Assembly: GCF_036490025.1 (NCBI RefSeq)
Contig: NZ_DASXEP010000175.1
Span: 54,335 to 118,334, forward strand
Direction: 5' to 3'
DNA: 64,000 nt
Origin: Mycobacterium sp.
GTDB taxonomy: Bacteria > Actinomycetota > Actinomycetes > Mycobacteriales > Mycobacteriaceae
Under the pieces are notes generated by a model. The model saw only the letters and a program-made list of their open reading frames with translations, was not told where the DNA came from and searched no databases. Within the stretch, counting starts at the first letter, position 1, and each line of letters opens with the position of its first letter. The translations under genes were made by a program, and so were the position numbers. This document shows, piece after piece, positions 38,037 through 51,691 of this stretch.

Positions 38037-39071
38037 GTGACGCAGGCGGCGACTCGGTCAACATCCGATACCGACAGCACCGACATCCTGGCGGTGGCCC
38101 GCCGGCAAGTGCTCGAGCGCGGCGAGGGTCTGGGCCAGCAGCAGGTGCTGGAAGTGCTGCAGCTAGCCGACGAACGGCTCGAGGAGCTGTTGGCCCTGGC
38201 CCACGAGGTGCGGATGGCCTGGTGTGGTCCCGAGGTCGAGGTCGAAGGCATCATCAGCCTGAAAACCGGCGGTTGCCCGGAAGACTGTCACTTCTGCTCA
38301 CAGTCGGGATTGTTCGCCTCGCCGGTGCGCAGCGCATGGCTGGACATCCCCAGCCTGGTAGAGGCAGCCAAGCAGACCGCCAAGACCGGCGCCACCGAGT
38401 TCTGCATCGTCGCCGCGGTGCGCGGACCCGATGAGCGACTACTGGCACAGGTGGCGGCGGGCATCGAGGCGATCCGCGACGCCGTCGACATCCAGATCGC
38501 CTGTTCGCTGGGCATGCTGAGCGCCGAGCAGGTGGACCGGCTCGCGGCGATGGGCGTGCACCGCTACAACCACAACCTGGAGACCGCGCGCTCGTTCTTC
38601 CCCAACGTCGTCACCACCCACAGCTGGGAAGAGCGCTGGCAGACGCTGTCGATGGTGCGCGAGGCCGGCATGGAGGTGTGCTGCGGAGGCATCCTGGGCA
38701 TGGGCGAGACCGTCGAGCAGCGCGCCGAGTTCGCTGCCGATCTGGCCGAGCTGGACCCCGACGAGGTCCCGCTGAATTTCCTCAACCCGCGACCGGGCAC
38801 GCCGTTCGGCGACCTCGACGTACTGCCGGCCAGCGAAGCGCTCAAGGCGGTGGCCGCATTCCGGTTGGCGCTGCCCCGCACCATGCTGCGCTTTGCCGGC
38901 GGTCGCGAGATCACGCTGGGCGACCTGGGCGCCAAACAAGGCATCCTGGGCGGCATCAACGCCGTCATCGTGGGCAACTACCTGACCACGTTGGGACGGC
39001 CCGCCGAGGCCGATCTGGAGCTGCTCGACGATCTGCAGATGCCGATCAAGGCGCTCAACGCCAGCCTGTAG
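38037..39071 (+). CDS. bioB: Biotin synthase (radical SAM)
   Basis: 344 aa. GTG start with AAGGAG upstream. Radical-SAM [11 protein letters not shown] (CxxxCxxC). Confidence 0.95.
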   Translation: MTQAATRSTSDTDSTDILAVARRQVLERGEGLGQQQVLEVLQLADERLEELLALAHEVRMAWCGPEVEVEGIISLKTGGCPEDCHFCSQSGLFASPVRSAWLDIPSLVEAAKQTAKTGATEFCIVAAVRGPDERLLAQVAAGIEAIRDAVDIQIACSLGMLSAEQVDRLAAMGVHRYNHNLETARSFFPNVVTTHSWEERWQTLSMVREAGMEVCCGGILGMGETVEQRAEFAADLAELDPDEVPLNFLNPRPGTPFGDLDVLPASEALKAVAAFRLALPRTMLRFAGGREITLGDLGAKQGILGGINAVIVGNYLTTLGRPAEADLELLDDLQMPIKALNASL

Positions 39072-39080
39072 AACGAGACG

Positions 39081-39326
39081 GTGATGCTCCGCGATCTGCC
39101 GGTGCCTGTCAGTGCGGGCCTCTACAACATCTATACGGGTGAAGCGTGCGCCGACGATGTGGCCGGCACCCCGATACCGACGGCGGCTCAGCTGGGCTTG
39201 GAACCGCCCCGGTTCTGCGCCGAGTGCGGCCGCCGCATGGTGGTGCAGGTCCGCCCCGACGGCTGGTGGGCCAGGTGTTCGCGGCACGGACTGGTGGACT
39301 CGAGCGATCTGGAGGCGCGCCGATGA
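39081..39326 (+). CDS. bsaP: Small Cys-containing protein, Rv1590-like (biotin synthase auxiliary protein)
   Basis: 81 aa, starting 9 bp after bioB. Zinc-ribbon-like FCAECG...CSRHG. Confidence 0.65.
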   Translation: MMLRDLPVPVSAGLYNIYTGEACADDVAGTPIPTAAQLGLEPPRFCAECGRRMVVQVRPDGWWARCSRHGLVDSSDLEARR

Positions 39327-39955
39327 CCGACGTGCAGGCCCACAGCGCGCCGCGAATTTCTCGACGGCGCGCGGCCATCACGATGGCGGCGGGGCTGCTG
39401 CCCATGGGAGTGCTGGTCGGCGCGCTCTGGGCGTGGCTCGCCTCACCGGTCAAGGGTGCGGTGGCGCTGACCCATAGCGGTGAGCGGCTGCACGAATACC
39501 TGGGCAGCGAAGCCGACCATTTCTTCGTCGCCGCGTTCTTGATGCTCGGGCTGCTGAACGTCGTGGCCGCCGTGGCAGCGGTGCTCGCCTGGCAGTGGCG
39601 CCCACATCGCGGCCCCGAGATGGTGGCCGGGCTGTGCGCGGGCATGGTGATCGCGGCCGGCGCCGCGATCGGCGTCGGGGTTCTGCTGGCGCACTTGCGT
39701 TATGGCACAGTGAATTTCGCTGCCGCACCGGTGAGCCACGATCACCCGCTGTACTACTTCACTGAGACGCCGTCGGTGTTCTTCGGACCTTCTCGGCTGC
39801 AGGGCACCTGCACGCTGCTGCTGCCGGCCGCGACCGCCGCGCTGGTGTACGCGGTACCGGCTGCCGCAACAGCGCGGGACGATCTCGGTGGCTATCCGGC
39901 CGTCGAGGCGGTGCATCCCCGGACCGAAAGCGCTGAAAGCGCGCCACCGTTATAG
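39323..39955 (+). CDS. Membrane protein (Rv1591-like)
   Basis: The ATG at 39323 overlaps the bsaP stop (ATGA). 210 aa with about 4 TM helices. The upstream extension of the ORF-track frame was rejected. Confidence 0.6.
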   Translation: MTDVQAHSAPRISRRRAAITMAAGLLPMGVLVGALWAWLASPVKGAVALTHSGERLHEYLGSEADHFFVAAFLMLGLLNVVAAVAAVLAWQWRPHRGPEMVAGLCAGMVIAAGAAIGVGVLLAHLRYGTVNFAAAPVSHDHPLYYFTETPSVFFGPSRLQGTCTLLLPAATAALVYAVPAAATARDDLGGYPAVEAVHPRTESAESAPPL

Positions 39956-41359
39956 CGGGCGGCGGTGCACGGCCTTTCCGCTGATCACCTTGGCCGCGAT
40001 CACGGCCAGTCGCGCCATGCCGACATAGGTCGCCGGGTTGAACATCGTCGGCCATGTCGTTCTGATGAGATGATCGCGCAGCGGCCGGCGTGCGAACCGG
40101 TCCTGCAGCCAGCGCAACGCCATCGGCGCCGACAGCGGATGCAGCAGCAGATGCTCGTTGAACGCATCGCGGTGATAGGTCACATCGGCGCCGCCTGCGG
40201 AGTACGCGTCGGCCAGCCGGTCGATGTCCCCGACGTCGATCAGGTAGTCGTGCACCGCCTGCACGATCAGCACCGGCGGGGTGGGCACCTTGGCGCCCAG
40301 CCTGATGCTGTCGAAGACGTGCTGCACCTCGGGCATCGTCAGGATTTCTTCCAGCGGGCGGTCCAGGAATTTGCCGACGTCCTTCTTGGCCATCCTGATG
40401 ACCGCGCCCACCGTGGTCATGGTTTCCAGCCGCCGCAGCAGCGCGCGTCCCTCGTCGCTGGCGTGCTCGTCGATGACCCGATCCAAGTCGGGGTAGATGT
40501 GGACCAGCGCGGCGATCACCATCGCCGGCAAACCCGACAAGAAGCTGCCGTTGAGGCGGCGGAAGGTGTGGCCGAGGTCACCGACCGGTGACCCGAGCAC
40601 CGCGCCGACGATGTCCAGCTCGGGCGCGTAGTCGGCGCACAGCTCGGCGGCCCACGCGGTCGCCAGCCCACCCCCGGAGTAGCCCCACAGCGCCACCGGG
40701 GCCGACGAGGACAACCCGAGCCGCTCGGTGTTCAGCGCGGCGCGAACCCCGTCGAGAATGAAGTAGCCAGGTTCGAAGGGCGCGCCCCACATTCCGGCGC
40801 GGCCTTCGTGGTCGGGGATCGACACCGCCCAGCCTTCGGCCAGGGCGGCGGCGACGAGCAGGTATTCCAGCTGCGCCAGGGCGCCGACGGCCTGTGCACG
40901 TCGCCGCAACGCATACGACGGAAAACAGCGGGACGACACCGCGTCGATCGCGCACTGGTAGGACAACACCGGGCAGGGCCGGTCAGGCGTGGCGTCCGGG
41001 GGCACGATCACCGTCGTCGCCGTCGCCTCCGGCTGCCCGTGCATGCCCGTCGTGCGGTACAGCAGCTGGGTGGCCATGGCCCGCTGCGGGACCAGGCCCA
41101 GGAACGCGAGCTCCACGTCGCGCGAACGCAGCACCGTGCCGGGCGTGGCGTGCTGGTAACCAGGCGGCGGGTCGTAGAACGAGTCGTCCGACGGCAGTAG
41201 CGGGCGGGTCTTGGCCTGCAGGTCCTCATGGGGCGTACGACCGATCCACTCGGCACCGGTTTCGGTTGCGCTCGCAAGGTTGCCAATGTCCATCCGGGCA
41301 TTGTTGCTTAAGAGGGCATTAAGAATCCAGTCGGCCCGCCGGTGAGTCACCAAAGTCAT
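39950..41359 (-). CDS. Secretory-lipase (LIP) family serine hydrolase (Rv1592c-like)
   Basis: 469 aa. Nucleophile elbow GYSGG and the N-terminal DDSFYDPP motif typical of LIP-family lipases. Confidence 0.8.
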   Translation of the reverse strand: MTLVTHRRADWILNALLSNNARMDIGNLASATETGAEWIGRTPHEDLQAKTRPLLPSDDSFYDPPPGYQHATPGTVLRSRDVELAFLGLVPQRAMATQLLYRTTGMHGQPEATATTVIVPPDATPDRPCPVLSYQCAIDAVSSRCFPSYALRRRAQAVGALAQLEYLLVAAALAEGWAVSIPDHEGRAGMWGAPFEPGYFILDGVRAALNTERLGLSSSAPVALWGYSGGGLATAWAAELCADYAPELDIVGAVLGSPVGDLGHTFRRLNGSFLSGLPAMVIAALVHIYPDLDRVIDEHASDEGRALLRRLETMTTVGAVIRMAKKDVGKFLDRPLEEILTMPEVQHVFDSIRLGAKVPTPPVLIVQAVHDYLIDVGDIDRLADAYSAGGADVTYHRDAFNEHLLLHPLSAPMALRWLQDRFARRPLRDHLIRTTWPTMFNPATYVGMARLAVIAAKVISGKAVHRRPL

Positions 41360-42066
41360 GTCGAGCCGGGAGGGCGCAGCGCGGCGAACTCGTCGGTGAC
41401 CCGCAACTGTGAATCCGCGAAGCGGTACAAGGCCGCGGGGCGGCCGCCGCTACGGCCGGACTGTGCGACAGTACCCGTCGGGCTGATGACGCCGCGGCGG
41501 GCCAGCACCCGCTGCAGGTTAGTGGTATCGACTTGGTGGCCCAGGGTGGCGCTGTAGATGTCGCGCAGCGTCGACAACGCGAATTCGGTTGGAGCCAAGG
41601 CGAATCCGATATTGGTATAGGACATTTTGGCGACCAGCCGGGTGCGAGCGTGCCCGACCATCGGCCCGTGGTCGAACGCCATCTGCGGCAGCGCGGTGAC
41701 CGGATGCCAGCGGGTGTCGGGCGGGAGCTCCGGGATGGCAGGGGAGGGCACCAGCCCCAGGAAGGTCGACGCGATCGTACGGGTGCCGGGCAGTCGCTCG
41801 GGTTCGGAGAACACTGCGAGCTGCTCCAGGTGAGCTACTTCCCGCAGGTCAACCTTCTCGGCGAGCTGGCGCCGCACCGACGTCGTCATGTCCTCGTCGT
41901 GGCGCAGCTGCCCGCCCGGCAGAGACCACGCTCCTCGCTGCGGGTCGCGGGCGCGCTGCCACAGCAGAACGTTGAGCTGCGGCTTCTGTGCTTTGGGGCC
42001 TGATCCGAGCCCGCGTACCTGGAACACGACAGCGAGCACTTCATGCGCAGTGCTAATATGGGCCAT
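41356..42066 (-). CDS. nrtR: Nudix-related transcriptional regulator of NAD synthesis (NrtR, Rv1593c-like)
   Basis: The ATG at 42066 ([15 protein letters not shown]) gives 236 aa. Degenerate Nudix box [22 protein letters not shown] plus a C-terminal winged-helix-like region. Divergent from nadA. Confidence 0.8.
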   Translation of the reverse strand: MAHISTAHEVLAVVFQVRGLGSGPKAQKPQLNVLLWQRARDPQRGAWSLPGGQLRHDEDMTTSVRRQLAEKVDLREVAHLEQLAVFSEPERLPGTRTIASTFLGLVPSPAIPELPPDTRWHPVTALPQMAFDHGPMVGHARTRLVAKMSYTNIGFALAPTEFALSTLRDIYSATLGHQVDTTNLQRVLARRGVISPTGTVAQSGRSGGRPAALYRFADSQLRVTDEFAALRPPGST

Positions 42067-42088
42067 GTTTTCGATTATAAGTCGAAAA
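42054..42088. promoter_or_regulatory. nadA/nrtR divergent promoter-operator
   Basis: Plus-strand TAATAT (42054-59). Palindrome TTTTCGA-N7-TCGAAAA (42068-88). Minus-strand TATAAT (42079-74) lies in the palindrome spacer, exactly 7 nt upstream of the nrtR ATG. Confidence 0.5.
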
Positions 42089-42115
42089 CCCAGCCGGAGG
42101 GCGAAAGGATCGACT

Positions 42116-43189
42116 ATGACAGTCGTGAATCGCACCGATTTGCTGTCAAATGGGTTAGTGGAAGACATGGCAAACGATCTGGCCGCGGGAATCACCAACT
42201 CTTCCAACGGTTTCGGCGGCATCGAGGGCGACGCGCGATGGGCGGCCGAGATCCGTCGACTGGCCGACCTGCGCAACGCCACGATCCTGGCGCACAACTA
42301 TCAGCTGCCGGCCATCCAGGATGTCGCCGACCACGTAGGTGACTCGCTGGCGCTGTCCCGGGTTGCCGCCGAGGCGCCCGAGGACACCATCGTGTTCTGC
42401 GGCGTGCACTTCATGGCCGAGACCGCGAAAATCCTCAGCCCGAATAAGACGGTGCTCATTCCGGATCAGCGCGCCGGGTGCTCATTGGCCGACTCGATCA
42501 CAGCCGAGGATCTGCAAGCCTGGAAGGACGACCATCCCGGCGCGGTCGTCGTCTCCTACGTCAACACCACCGCCGCAGTGAAAGCACTCACCGACATCTG
42601 CTGCACCTCCTCCAATGCCGTCGACGTCGTCGCCTCCATCGACGCCGGACGGGAGGTGTTGTTCTGCCCGGATCAGTTCCTCGGCGCCCATGTGCGCCGG
42701 ATGACCGGCCGACAAAACCTGCACGTCTGGGCCGGTGAGTGCCATGTGCACGCCGGAATCAACGGCGACGAGCTCACCGACCAGGCGCGCAAGCATCCTG
42801 ATGCCGAGTTGTTCGTCCACCCGGAATGTGGCTGCGCGACCTCGGCGCTGTACCTGGCCGGCGAGGGCGCCTTCCCCGAGGATCGGGTCAAGATCTTGTC
42901 AACCGGCGGCATGCTGGACGCCGCGCGTGCCACCCAGGCCCGCCAGGTGTTGGTCGCCACCGAGGTCGGGATGTTGTATCAGTTGCGCAACGCCGCCCCT
43001 GGCGTCGACTTCCGCGCGGTCAACGATCGCGCGTCGTGCAAGTACATGAAGATGATCACCCCCGCGGCGCTGCTGCGGTGCCTGGTTGACGGGGCCGACG
43101 AGGTCCACGTCGATGCGCAGACCGCGCAACGTGCGCGGCAAAGCGTGCAGCGAATGATCGCGATCGGTCAGCCCGGCGGCGCCGAATGA
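42116..43189 (+). CDS. nadA: Quinolinate synthase
   Basis: The ATG at 42116 has GGAGG upstream and gives 357 aa. Conserved ILAHNYQLP and later Cys ligands. Confidence 0.95.
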   Translation: MTVVNRTDLLSNGLVEDMANDLAAGITNSSNGFGGIEGDARWAAEIRRLADLRNATILAHNYQLPAIQDVADHVGDSLALSRVAAEAPEDTIVFCGVHFMAETAKILSPNKTVLIPDQRAGCSLADSITAEDLQAWKDDHPGAVVVSYVNTTAAVKALTDICCTSSNAVDVVASIDAGREVLFCPDQFLGAHVRRMTGRQNLHVWAGECHVHAGINGDELTDQARKHPDAELFVHPECGCATSALYLAGEGAFPEDRVKILSTGGMLDAARATQARQVLVATEVGMLYQLRNAAPGVDFRAVNDRASCKYMKMITPAALLRCLVDGADEVHVDAQTAQRARQSVQRMIAIGQPGGAE

Positions 43190-44772
43190 GCATTTACCCC
43201 GCCTGGCAGGAGAGCGCCGACGTCGTCGTCATCGGCACGGGTGTCGGCGGTCTGGCCGCGGCGCTGGCCGCGGATCGTGCCGGACAACGGGTGGTGGTGC
43301 TCAGCAAGGCGGGCCGCAAACCCGGCGCGACGGCGACACACTACGCCCAGGGCGGGATCGCAGTGGTGCTGCCGGACACCGACGACTCGGTCGAGGCGCA
43401 TGTCGCCGACACGCTCGCGGCCGGCGCCGGACTGTGCGATCCCGACGCCGTGACGTCGATCGTTGCCGACGGGTTCCACGCCGTCACCGAATTAGTCGGC
43501 GACGGAGCACAATTCGATCAGGCTGCGACCGGAGGCTGGGCACTTAGCCGGGAGGGTGGCCACTCGCGACGGCGCATCGTGCATGCCGGCGGTGATGCCA
43601 CCGGCGCCGAGGTGCAACGGGCGCTTGACCATGCGGCGAGCACCCTGGACATCCGCGCTGGCCATGCCGCGCTGCGGTTGCTGCATGACGCCGGTTCGGG
43701 TGCCGACGCCGTGACCGGAGTGCTGGTGGCCGATCGCAGGGGGATCGGCGTCGTGCACGCGCCGTCGGTGATCCTGGCCACCGGCGGGCTGGGGCAACTC
43801 TACGGCGCGACAACCAATCCCGCGGGCTCCACCGGCGACGGGATCGCGCTGGCGCTGTGGGCCGGTGTCGCGGTGAGTGACATCGAGTTCATTCAGTTCC
43901 ACCCGACGATGCTCTTCGACGGTCGTGACGGCGGTCGCCGACCGCTGGTCACCGAAGCCATTCGCGGTGAGGGCGCGGTTTTGGTTGACAGTCAAGGCAA
44001 TTCGGTGACCACCGGGGTACACCCGATGGGGGATCTGGCGCCACGCGATGTCGTGGCCGGTGCCATCGACGCGCGGCTGCGCGCGCTCGGCGAACAGTGC
44101 GTCTACCTTGACGCGCGCGGCATCGACGATTTCGCCCGCCGCTTCCCGACCGTTGCGGCCGCGTGCCGGGCAGCCGGCATCGATCCGGTTCGCAGACCCA
44201 TCCCAGTGGCCCCGGGTGCGCACTACAGCTGCGGTGGCGTGGTCACCGACGTGCACGGCCGCACCGAACTGCCGGGGCTGTTCGCCGCGGGCGAGGTCGC
44301 GCGAACCGGGATGCACGGCGCCAACCGGCTGGCATCCAACAGTCTGTTGGAGGGCCTGGTGGTCGGGGGCCGGGCGGGACGGGCTGCGGCACAGCACGCA
44401 GCGCTGCTGGGACGTGTCCGCGCGACGGGCGTGCAACCCGCCGACGGTGCGGCGCTGGTCCGCAGCGACCTACAGCAGGCGATGAGCCGCGATGCCTCGG
44501 TGGTCCGCGACGCCGACGGCCTGCACCGCTTGATCGTCACGCTGTCGACGGCGCCGCGGGTCGCGGTCACCTCCCGAGCCGGCCTGGAAGAGGCGGCATT
44601 GACCGTCGCCGCCCGCGCGGTGGCAACGGCCGCGCTGGCCCGCGAGGAGAGCCGAGGTTGTCACCACCGCGCCGAATACCCCAAGGCCGCCGTCGCGCCG
44701 GCACGCAGCCTCATCGTCCGACTGGGCGATGACTACAGCGCGCAGGTCGAGGAGTTGGCGGCGGTCAGCTGA
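43186..44772 (+). CDS. nadB: L-aspartate oxidase
   Basis: 528 aa. FAD dinucleotide motif [19 protein letters not shown] overlap with nadA. Confidence 0.95.
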   Translation: MSIYPAWQESADVVVIGTGVGGLAAALAADRAGQRVVVLSKAGRKPGATATHYAQGGIAVVLPDTDDSVEAHVADTLAAGAGLCDPDAVTSIVADGFHAVTELVGDGAQFDQAATGGWALSREGGHSRRRIVHAGGDATGAEVQRALDHAASTLDIRAGHAALRLLHDAGSGADAVTGVLVADRRGIGVVHAPSVILATGGLGQLYGATTNPAGSTGDGIALALWAGVAVSDIEFIQFHPTMLFDGRDGGRRPLVTEAIRGEGAVLVDSQGNSVTTGVHPMGDLAPRDVVAGAIDARLRALGEQCVYLDARGIDDFARRFPTVAAACRAAGIDPVRRPIPVAPGAHYSCGGVVTDVHGRTELPGLFAAGEVARTGMHGANRLASNSLLEGLVVGGRAGRAAAQHAALLGRVRATGVQPADGAALVRSDLQQAMSRDASVVRDADGLHRLIVTLSTAPRVAVTSRAGLEEAALTVAARAVATAALAREESRGCHHRAEYPKAAVAPARSLIVRLGDDYSAQVEELAAVS

Positions 44773-44837
44773 TGGGCCTCCCGCCGGCGACGATCAACAG
44801 GGCAGTGCGATCAGAACAAAGCAGGAGGAGCGGCGTC

Positions 44838-45692
44838 ATGTTGTCTGACGACGAGCTCGCCGAGGCTCGTGCCACGATCACCCGCGCGCTGGACGAAGAC
44901 CTGCGCTACGGCCCGGACATCACGACTGCGGCTACCGTGCCCGAAGGTGCAATCACCACCGCTTCGCTGATCACCCGCGAGCCCGGTGTGATCGCCGGGG
45001 TCGACGTCGCGTTGCTGGTGCTCGACGAGGTGCTCGGTACTGGCGGCTACCGAGTCCTCAACCGCGTCGAGGACGGGACCCGGCTGCAGCCGGGCGCGCC
45101 GGCGTTGACGGTGGAGGCGCAGACGCGGGATCTGTTGACCGCGGAGCGCACGCTGCTGAACCTGGTATGCCATCTGTCCGGGATCGCCACCGCGACCGCG
45201 GCGTGGGTCGACGCGGTGCACGGCACCACGACGAAGATCCGCGACACCCGCAAGACGCTGCCCGGTCTGCGGGCTTTGCAGAAGTACGCGGTGCGAGTCG
45301 GCGGCGGCCTCAACCACCGGCTCGGCCTGGGTGACGCGACGCTGATCAAGGACAATCACGTCGCCGCGGCGGGATCGGTGGTCGCGGCGCTGCGCGCGGT
45401 GCGGGCGGCCGCGCCCGATCTGCCGTGCGAGGTCGAGGTCGACTCGCTCGAGCAGCTCGACGAGATCCTGGCCGAGGGCGCCGAATTGGTGTTGCTCGAC
45501 AACTTTCCGGTCTGGCAGACCCAGATCGCGGTGCAACGCCGCGATACCCGCGCGCCGGACACCAAACTCGAGTCCTCGGGCGGGCTTTCGCTGGATACCG
45601 CCGCGGATTACGCCGGGACCGGGGTGGACTACCTCGCAGTCGGGGCGCTCACGCATTCGGTGCGGGTGCTCGACATCGGGCTGGATATCTGA
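44838..45692 (+). CDS. nadC: Nicotinate-nucleotide pyrophosphorylase (carboxylating)
   Basis: The ATG at 44838 has AGGAGGAG 7 nt upstream and gives 284 aa. Typical QPRTase sequence (TRKTLPGLR, KDNH). Confidence 0.93.
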   Translation: MLSDDELAEARATITRALDEDLRYGPDITTAATVPEGAITTASLITREPGVIAGVDVALLVLDEVLGTGGYRVLNRVEDGTRLQPGAPALTVEAQTRDLLTAERTLLNLVCHLSGIATATAAWVDAVHGTTTKIRDTRKTLPGLRALQKYAVRVGGGLNHRLGLGDATLIKDNHVAAAGSVVAALRAVRAAAPDLPCEVEVDSLEQLDEILAEGAELVLLDNFPVWQTQIAVQRRDTRAPDTKLESSGGLSLDTAADYAGTGVDYLAVGALTHSVRVLDIGLDI

Positions 45693-45693
45693 G

Positions 45694-46722
45694 ATGCAGC
45701 AGCTGACGTTCGAAGAGGCCGGCCTATACGCATGGCGCGATGTCCCGGACCCGGAGATCACCCAGCCGCAGCAAGCGTTGGTCCGGCCCTTGGCGGTGGC
45801 GTGCTGTGACCTCGATGTCGCGGTTGCGCGCGGCGCGGCGCCGCTACCGCCGGGGTATGCGGTCGGACACGAGGGGATCGCGGAGGTCATCGCAGTCGGT
45901 GACGCTGTTTCGGGAGTCGCGGTGAGCGACCGGGTCGTGGTGCCGTTCCAGCTCAGCTGCGGAACCTGCCGCGAATGCCGCCGCGGCGTCACGAGTTCAT
46001 GCGGTTCGCTGCCGTTGATGGCGATGTACGGACTGGGCCCGCTCGCCGGCCTGGACGGTGGCGGGTTCATGTCGGATCTGGTGCTGGTGCCCTACGCCGA
46101 TGCGATGTTGATCCCCCTGCCGGCAACCGTCGACCCGATCGCGGTCGCCTCGCTGTCAGACAACGTCCCCGACGGCTGGCGCACGGTTGGCCCCTTCAGG
46201 GCGGAATTGGCCGACCTTGATGCGGCCGACCGCCGTGTGCTGGTCATCGGCAAACTGTCGATAGGGATGTACGCGGCCGCGCTCGCCGCGGCGCTTGGCT
46301 ATCACGTCGATTACGTCGACACCGACCCGGTCCGCCTCGCCGCAGCGGAGAAACTCGGCGCAGTCGTTCACGACGCCGCCAAGCCAGACAAATCCTGGGA
46401 CCCCTACCCGATCACCGTGCACACGTCCGGTGATCCGTCGCTGCTCGCCGCGGCGCTCCGCGCGACCTGGCCGGACGGCGTGTGCACCGACACCGGTATC
46501 TACTTCCAGCCGACCGTCGAACTGCCGATGCTGCGGACCTACACGCGAGGAGTGCGGTTCATCACCGGGCGGGTCAGTGCGCGGGCCGTGATCCCGGAAA
46601 TTCTGGATTTGCTGGGCGGCGGGTGCGACCTGTCACCGGTGCTCGACCGCGTCGTCCCGTGGGAGGAAGCGCCGTCGGTCTGGCCGACGATGACCGGTAA
46701 GACCGTCTTCACCCGCGGTTAG
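45694..46722 (+). CDS. Zinc-type medium-chain dehydrogenase/reductase
   Basis: 342 aa with GHEGIAEV and the structural-zinc motif CGTCRECRRGVTSSC. Starts 2 bp after nadC. The nucleotide-binding glycine motif reads GKLSIG. Confidence 0.75.
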   Translation: MQQLTFEEAGLYAWRDVPDPEITQPQQALVRPLAVACCDLDVAVARGAAPLPPGYAVGHEGIAEVIAVGDAVSGVAVSDRVVVPFQLSCGTCRECRRGVTSSCGSLPLMAMYGLGPLAGLDGGGFMSDLVLVPYADAMLIPLPATVDPIAVASLSDNVPDGWRTVGPFRAELADLDAADRRVLVIGKLSIGMYAAALAAALGYHVDYVDTDPVRLAAAEKLGAVVHDAAKPDKSWDPYPITVHTSGDPSLLAAALRATWPDGVCTDTGIYFQPTVELPMLRTYTRGVRFITGRVSARAVIPEILDLLGGGCDLSPVLDRVVPWEEAPSVWPTMTGKTVFTRG

Positions 46723-46774
46723 CCGTGTGACGATGCGGGCCGGAACGGCCCGAGGAGGAGTGCGGCAATCCGGA

Positions 46775-47185
46775 CTAGGCGATGTCGGCGACGAGAACCC
46801 CGACCCGGCCGATCTGCTGCCGAGCCAGAAAGGGCAACCCCGCGCCGTCGCTGCCGGCCGGCAGCACCCGCGGATTGATCAGGTGCACATTCTTGCGGAT
46901 GAAGTGCAGATCAGCCTCGCCCGCAGCCAGCACGTTCTTGACCCAGTCGGTCTTACCGTGGCCCAGCGCGATGGCCAGCACGTTGCCTTTGCGGTACGCC
47001 GTCACGATCGTCTCGTATGGCTTGCCGGACGTGCGGCCCCGATGCTTGATCACCGAAAACCCGGGCAGGTAGCGCGCGAACGGCCGGACCGCGGGGTTGA
47101 AGTATTTGATTTGAAAGCTCTCCAGCCAGGGCGGGAAAATCATCGGAACGCCCGGGGCGTTGTTGGGATGGTCCTTCGCGGACAT
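46775..47185 (-). CDS. DUF385 / deazaflavin-dependent nitroreductase-like protein (Rv1598c-like)
   Basis: The ATG at 47185 is preceded by a purine-rich RBS and gives 136 aa. Motif [14 protein letters not shown]...[10 protein letters not shown] is family-like. The longer ORF-track frame was rejected. Confidence 0.6.
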   Translation of the reverse strand: MSAKDHPNNAPGVPMIFPPWLESFQIKYFNPAVRPFARYLPGFSVIKHRGRTSGKPYETIVTAYRKGNVLAIALGHGKTDWVKNVLAAGEADLHFIRKNVHLINPRVLPAGSDGAGLPFLARQQIGRVGVLVADIA

Positions 47186-47273
47186 GGCGGCTCTCTTTTC
47201 TTTTCCGGTGCCGTCACTGTACCGGTCCGATATGCAGTTGCTCTGTTCTGGGACAATGGTTGACGTGAACGTG

Positions 47274-50327
<3,054 letters not shown>

Positions 50328-50331
<4 letters not shown>

Positions 50332-50948
50332 GAAGCAAATCCGTTGTGGTGCTGGACTACGGCTCCGGCAACCTCCGTTCGGCCCAACGCGCGCTGCAGC
50401 GCGTCGGTGCCGCGGTGGACGTGACGGCCGACCTCGAGGCGGCAGCGGCGGCCGACGGGCTGATGGTGCCGGGCGTCGGCGCCTTCGAGGCGTGCATGAC
50501 CGGGTTGCGGGGGATTGACGGAGCGCGGGTCATCGCCGAACGGATCGGCGCCGGGCGACCGGTGCTGGGGGTGTGCGTCGGGATGCAGATTCTGTTCGCC
50601 CGCGGCGTCGAGTTCGGCGTGGAGAGCAGCGGCTGCGGCCGGTGGCCGGGCGCGGTGACCCGGTTGGATGCGCCGGTGATTCCGCACATGGGCTGGAACG
50701 TGGTGGCGGCCGCGCCTGGCAGCGCACTGTTCAAAGGCCTGGACACCGAGGCCCGCTTCTACTTCGTGCACTCCTATGCCGCTCAGCAGTGGGAAGGCGG
50801 GCCCGAGGCGCTGCTGACGTGGGCCACCCACGGGGTGCCGTTCCTGGCCGCGGTGGAGGACGGTCCGCTGGCCGCTACCCAGTTTCATCCGGAGAAGAGC
50901 GGGGATGCGGGAGCGGCCGTATTGAGCAACTGGGTTGAGGGGTTATGA
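50328..50948 (+). CDS. hisH: Imidazole glycerol phosphate synthase, glutaminase subunit
   Basis: 206 aa. Nucleophile [10 protein letters not shown] and PHMGWN. Confidence 0.95.
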
Positions 50949-50949
50949 C

Positions 50950-51684
50950 GTGCCGTTGATTTTGTTGCCCGCCGTCGACGTCGTCGAGGGTAGGGCGGTG
51001 CGCTTGGTGCAGGGTCGGGCCGGCAGCGAGACCGAGTACGGCTCAGCGCTGGAGGCGGCGCTGGGCTGGCAACGCGATGGCGCCGAGTGGGTGCACCTGG
51101 TCGACCTGGACGCGGCGTTCGGCCGTGGGTCCAATCGCGAGCTGCTGGCCGAGGTCGTCGGCAAGCTCGATGTGCACGTCGAACTTTCCGGCGGTATCCG
51201 CGACGACGAATCGCTGTCGGCCGCGCTGGCGACTGGCTGTGCCCGGGTCAACCTTGGGACGGCCGCGCTGGAAAACCCGCGGTGGTGTGCTCAGGCGATC
51301 GCTGAGCACGGCGACAAGGTCGCGGTGGGCCTGGACGTGCAAATCGTCGACGGTGATCACCGCCTGCGTGGCCGCGGCTGGGAGACCGACGGCGGGGATT
51401 TGTGGGAAGTGCTGAAACGCCTTGACAGCGAAGGATGTTCGAGGTTCGTCGTCACCGACGTCACGAAAGACGGCACGTTGACCGGACCCAACCTCGACTT
51501 GCTCGGCAGCGTCGCCGAGCGTACCGACGTTCCGGTGATCGCCTCGGGCGGCGTGTCCAGCCTCGAGGATCTGCGCGCCATCGCAACGTTGACCGGCAGC
51601 GGCGTGGAGGGTGCGATCGTCGGCAAGGCGCTTTACGCCGGACGATTCAGCTTGCCGCAGGCCCTGGCGGCGGTGGCAGGCTAG
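50950..51684 (+). CDS. priA: Phosphoribosyl isomerase A (bifunctional HisA/TrpF of Actinobacteria)
   Basis: The GTG at 50950 lies 2 nt after the hisH stop and gives 244 aa starting (M)[21 protein letters not shown]. Confidence 0.93.
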   Translation: MPLILLPAVDVVEGRAVRLVQGRAGSETEYGSALEAALGWQRDGAEWVHLVDLDAAFGRGSNRELLAEVVGKLDVHVELSGGIRDDESLSAALATGCARVNLGTAALENPRWCAQAIAEHGDKVAVGLDVQIVDGDHRLRGRGWETDGGDLWEVLKRLDSEGCSRFVVTDVTKDGTLTGPNLDLLGSVAERTDVPVIASGGVSSLEDLRAIATLTGSGVEGAIVGKALYAGRFSLPQALAAVAG

Positions 51685-51691
51685 GGCCGCA

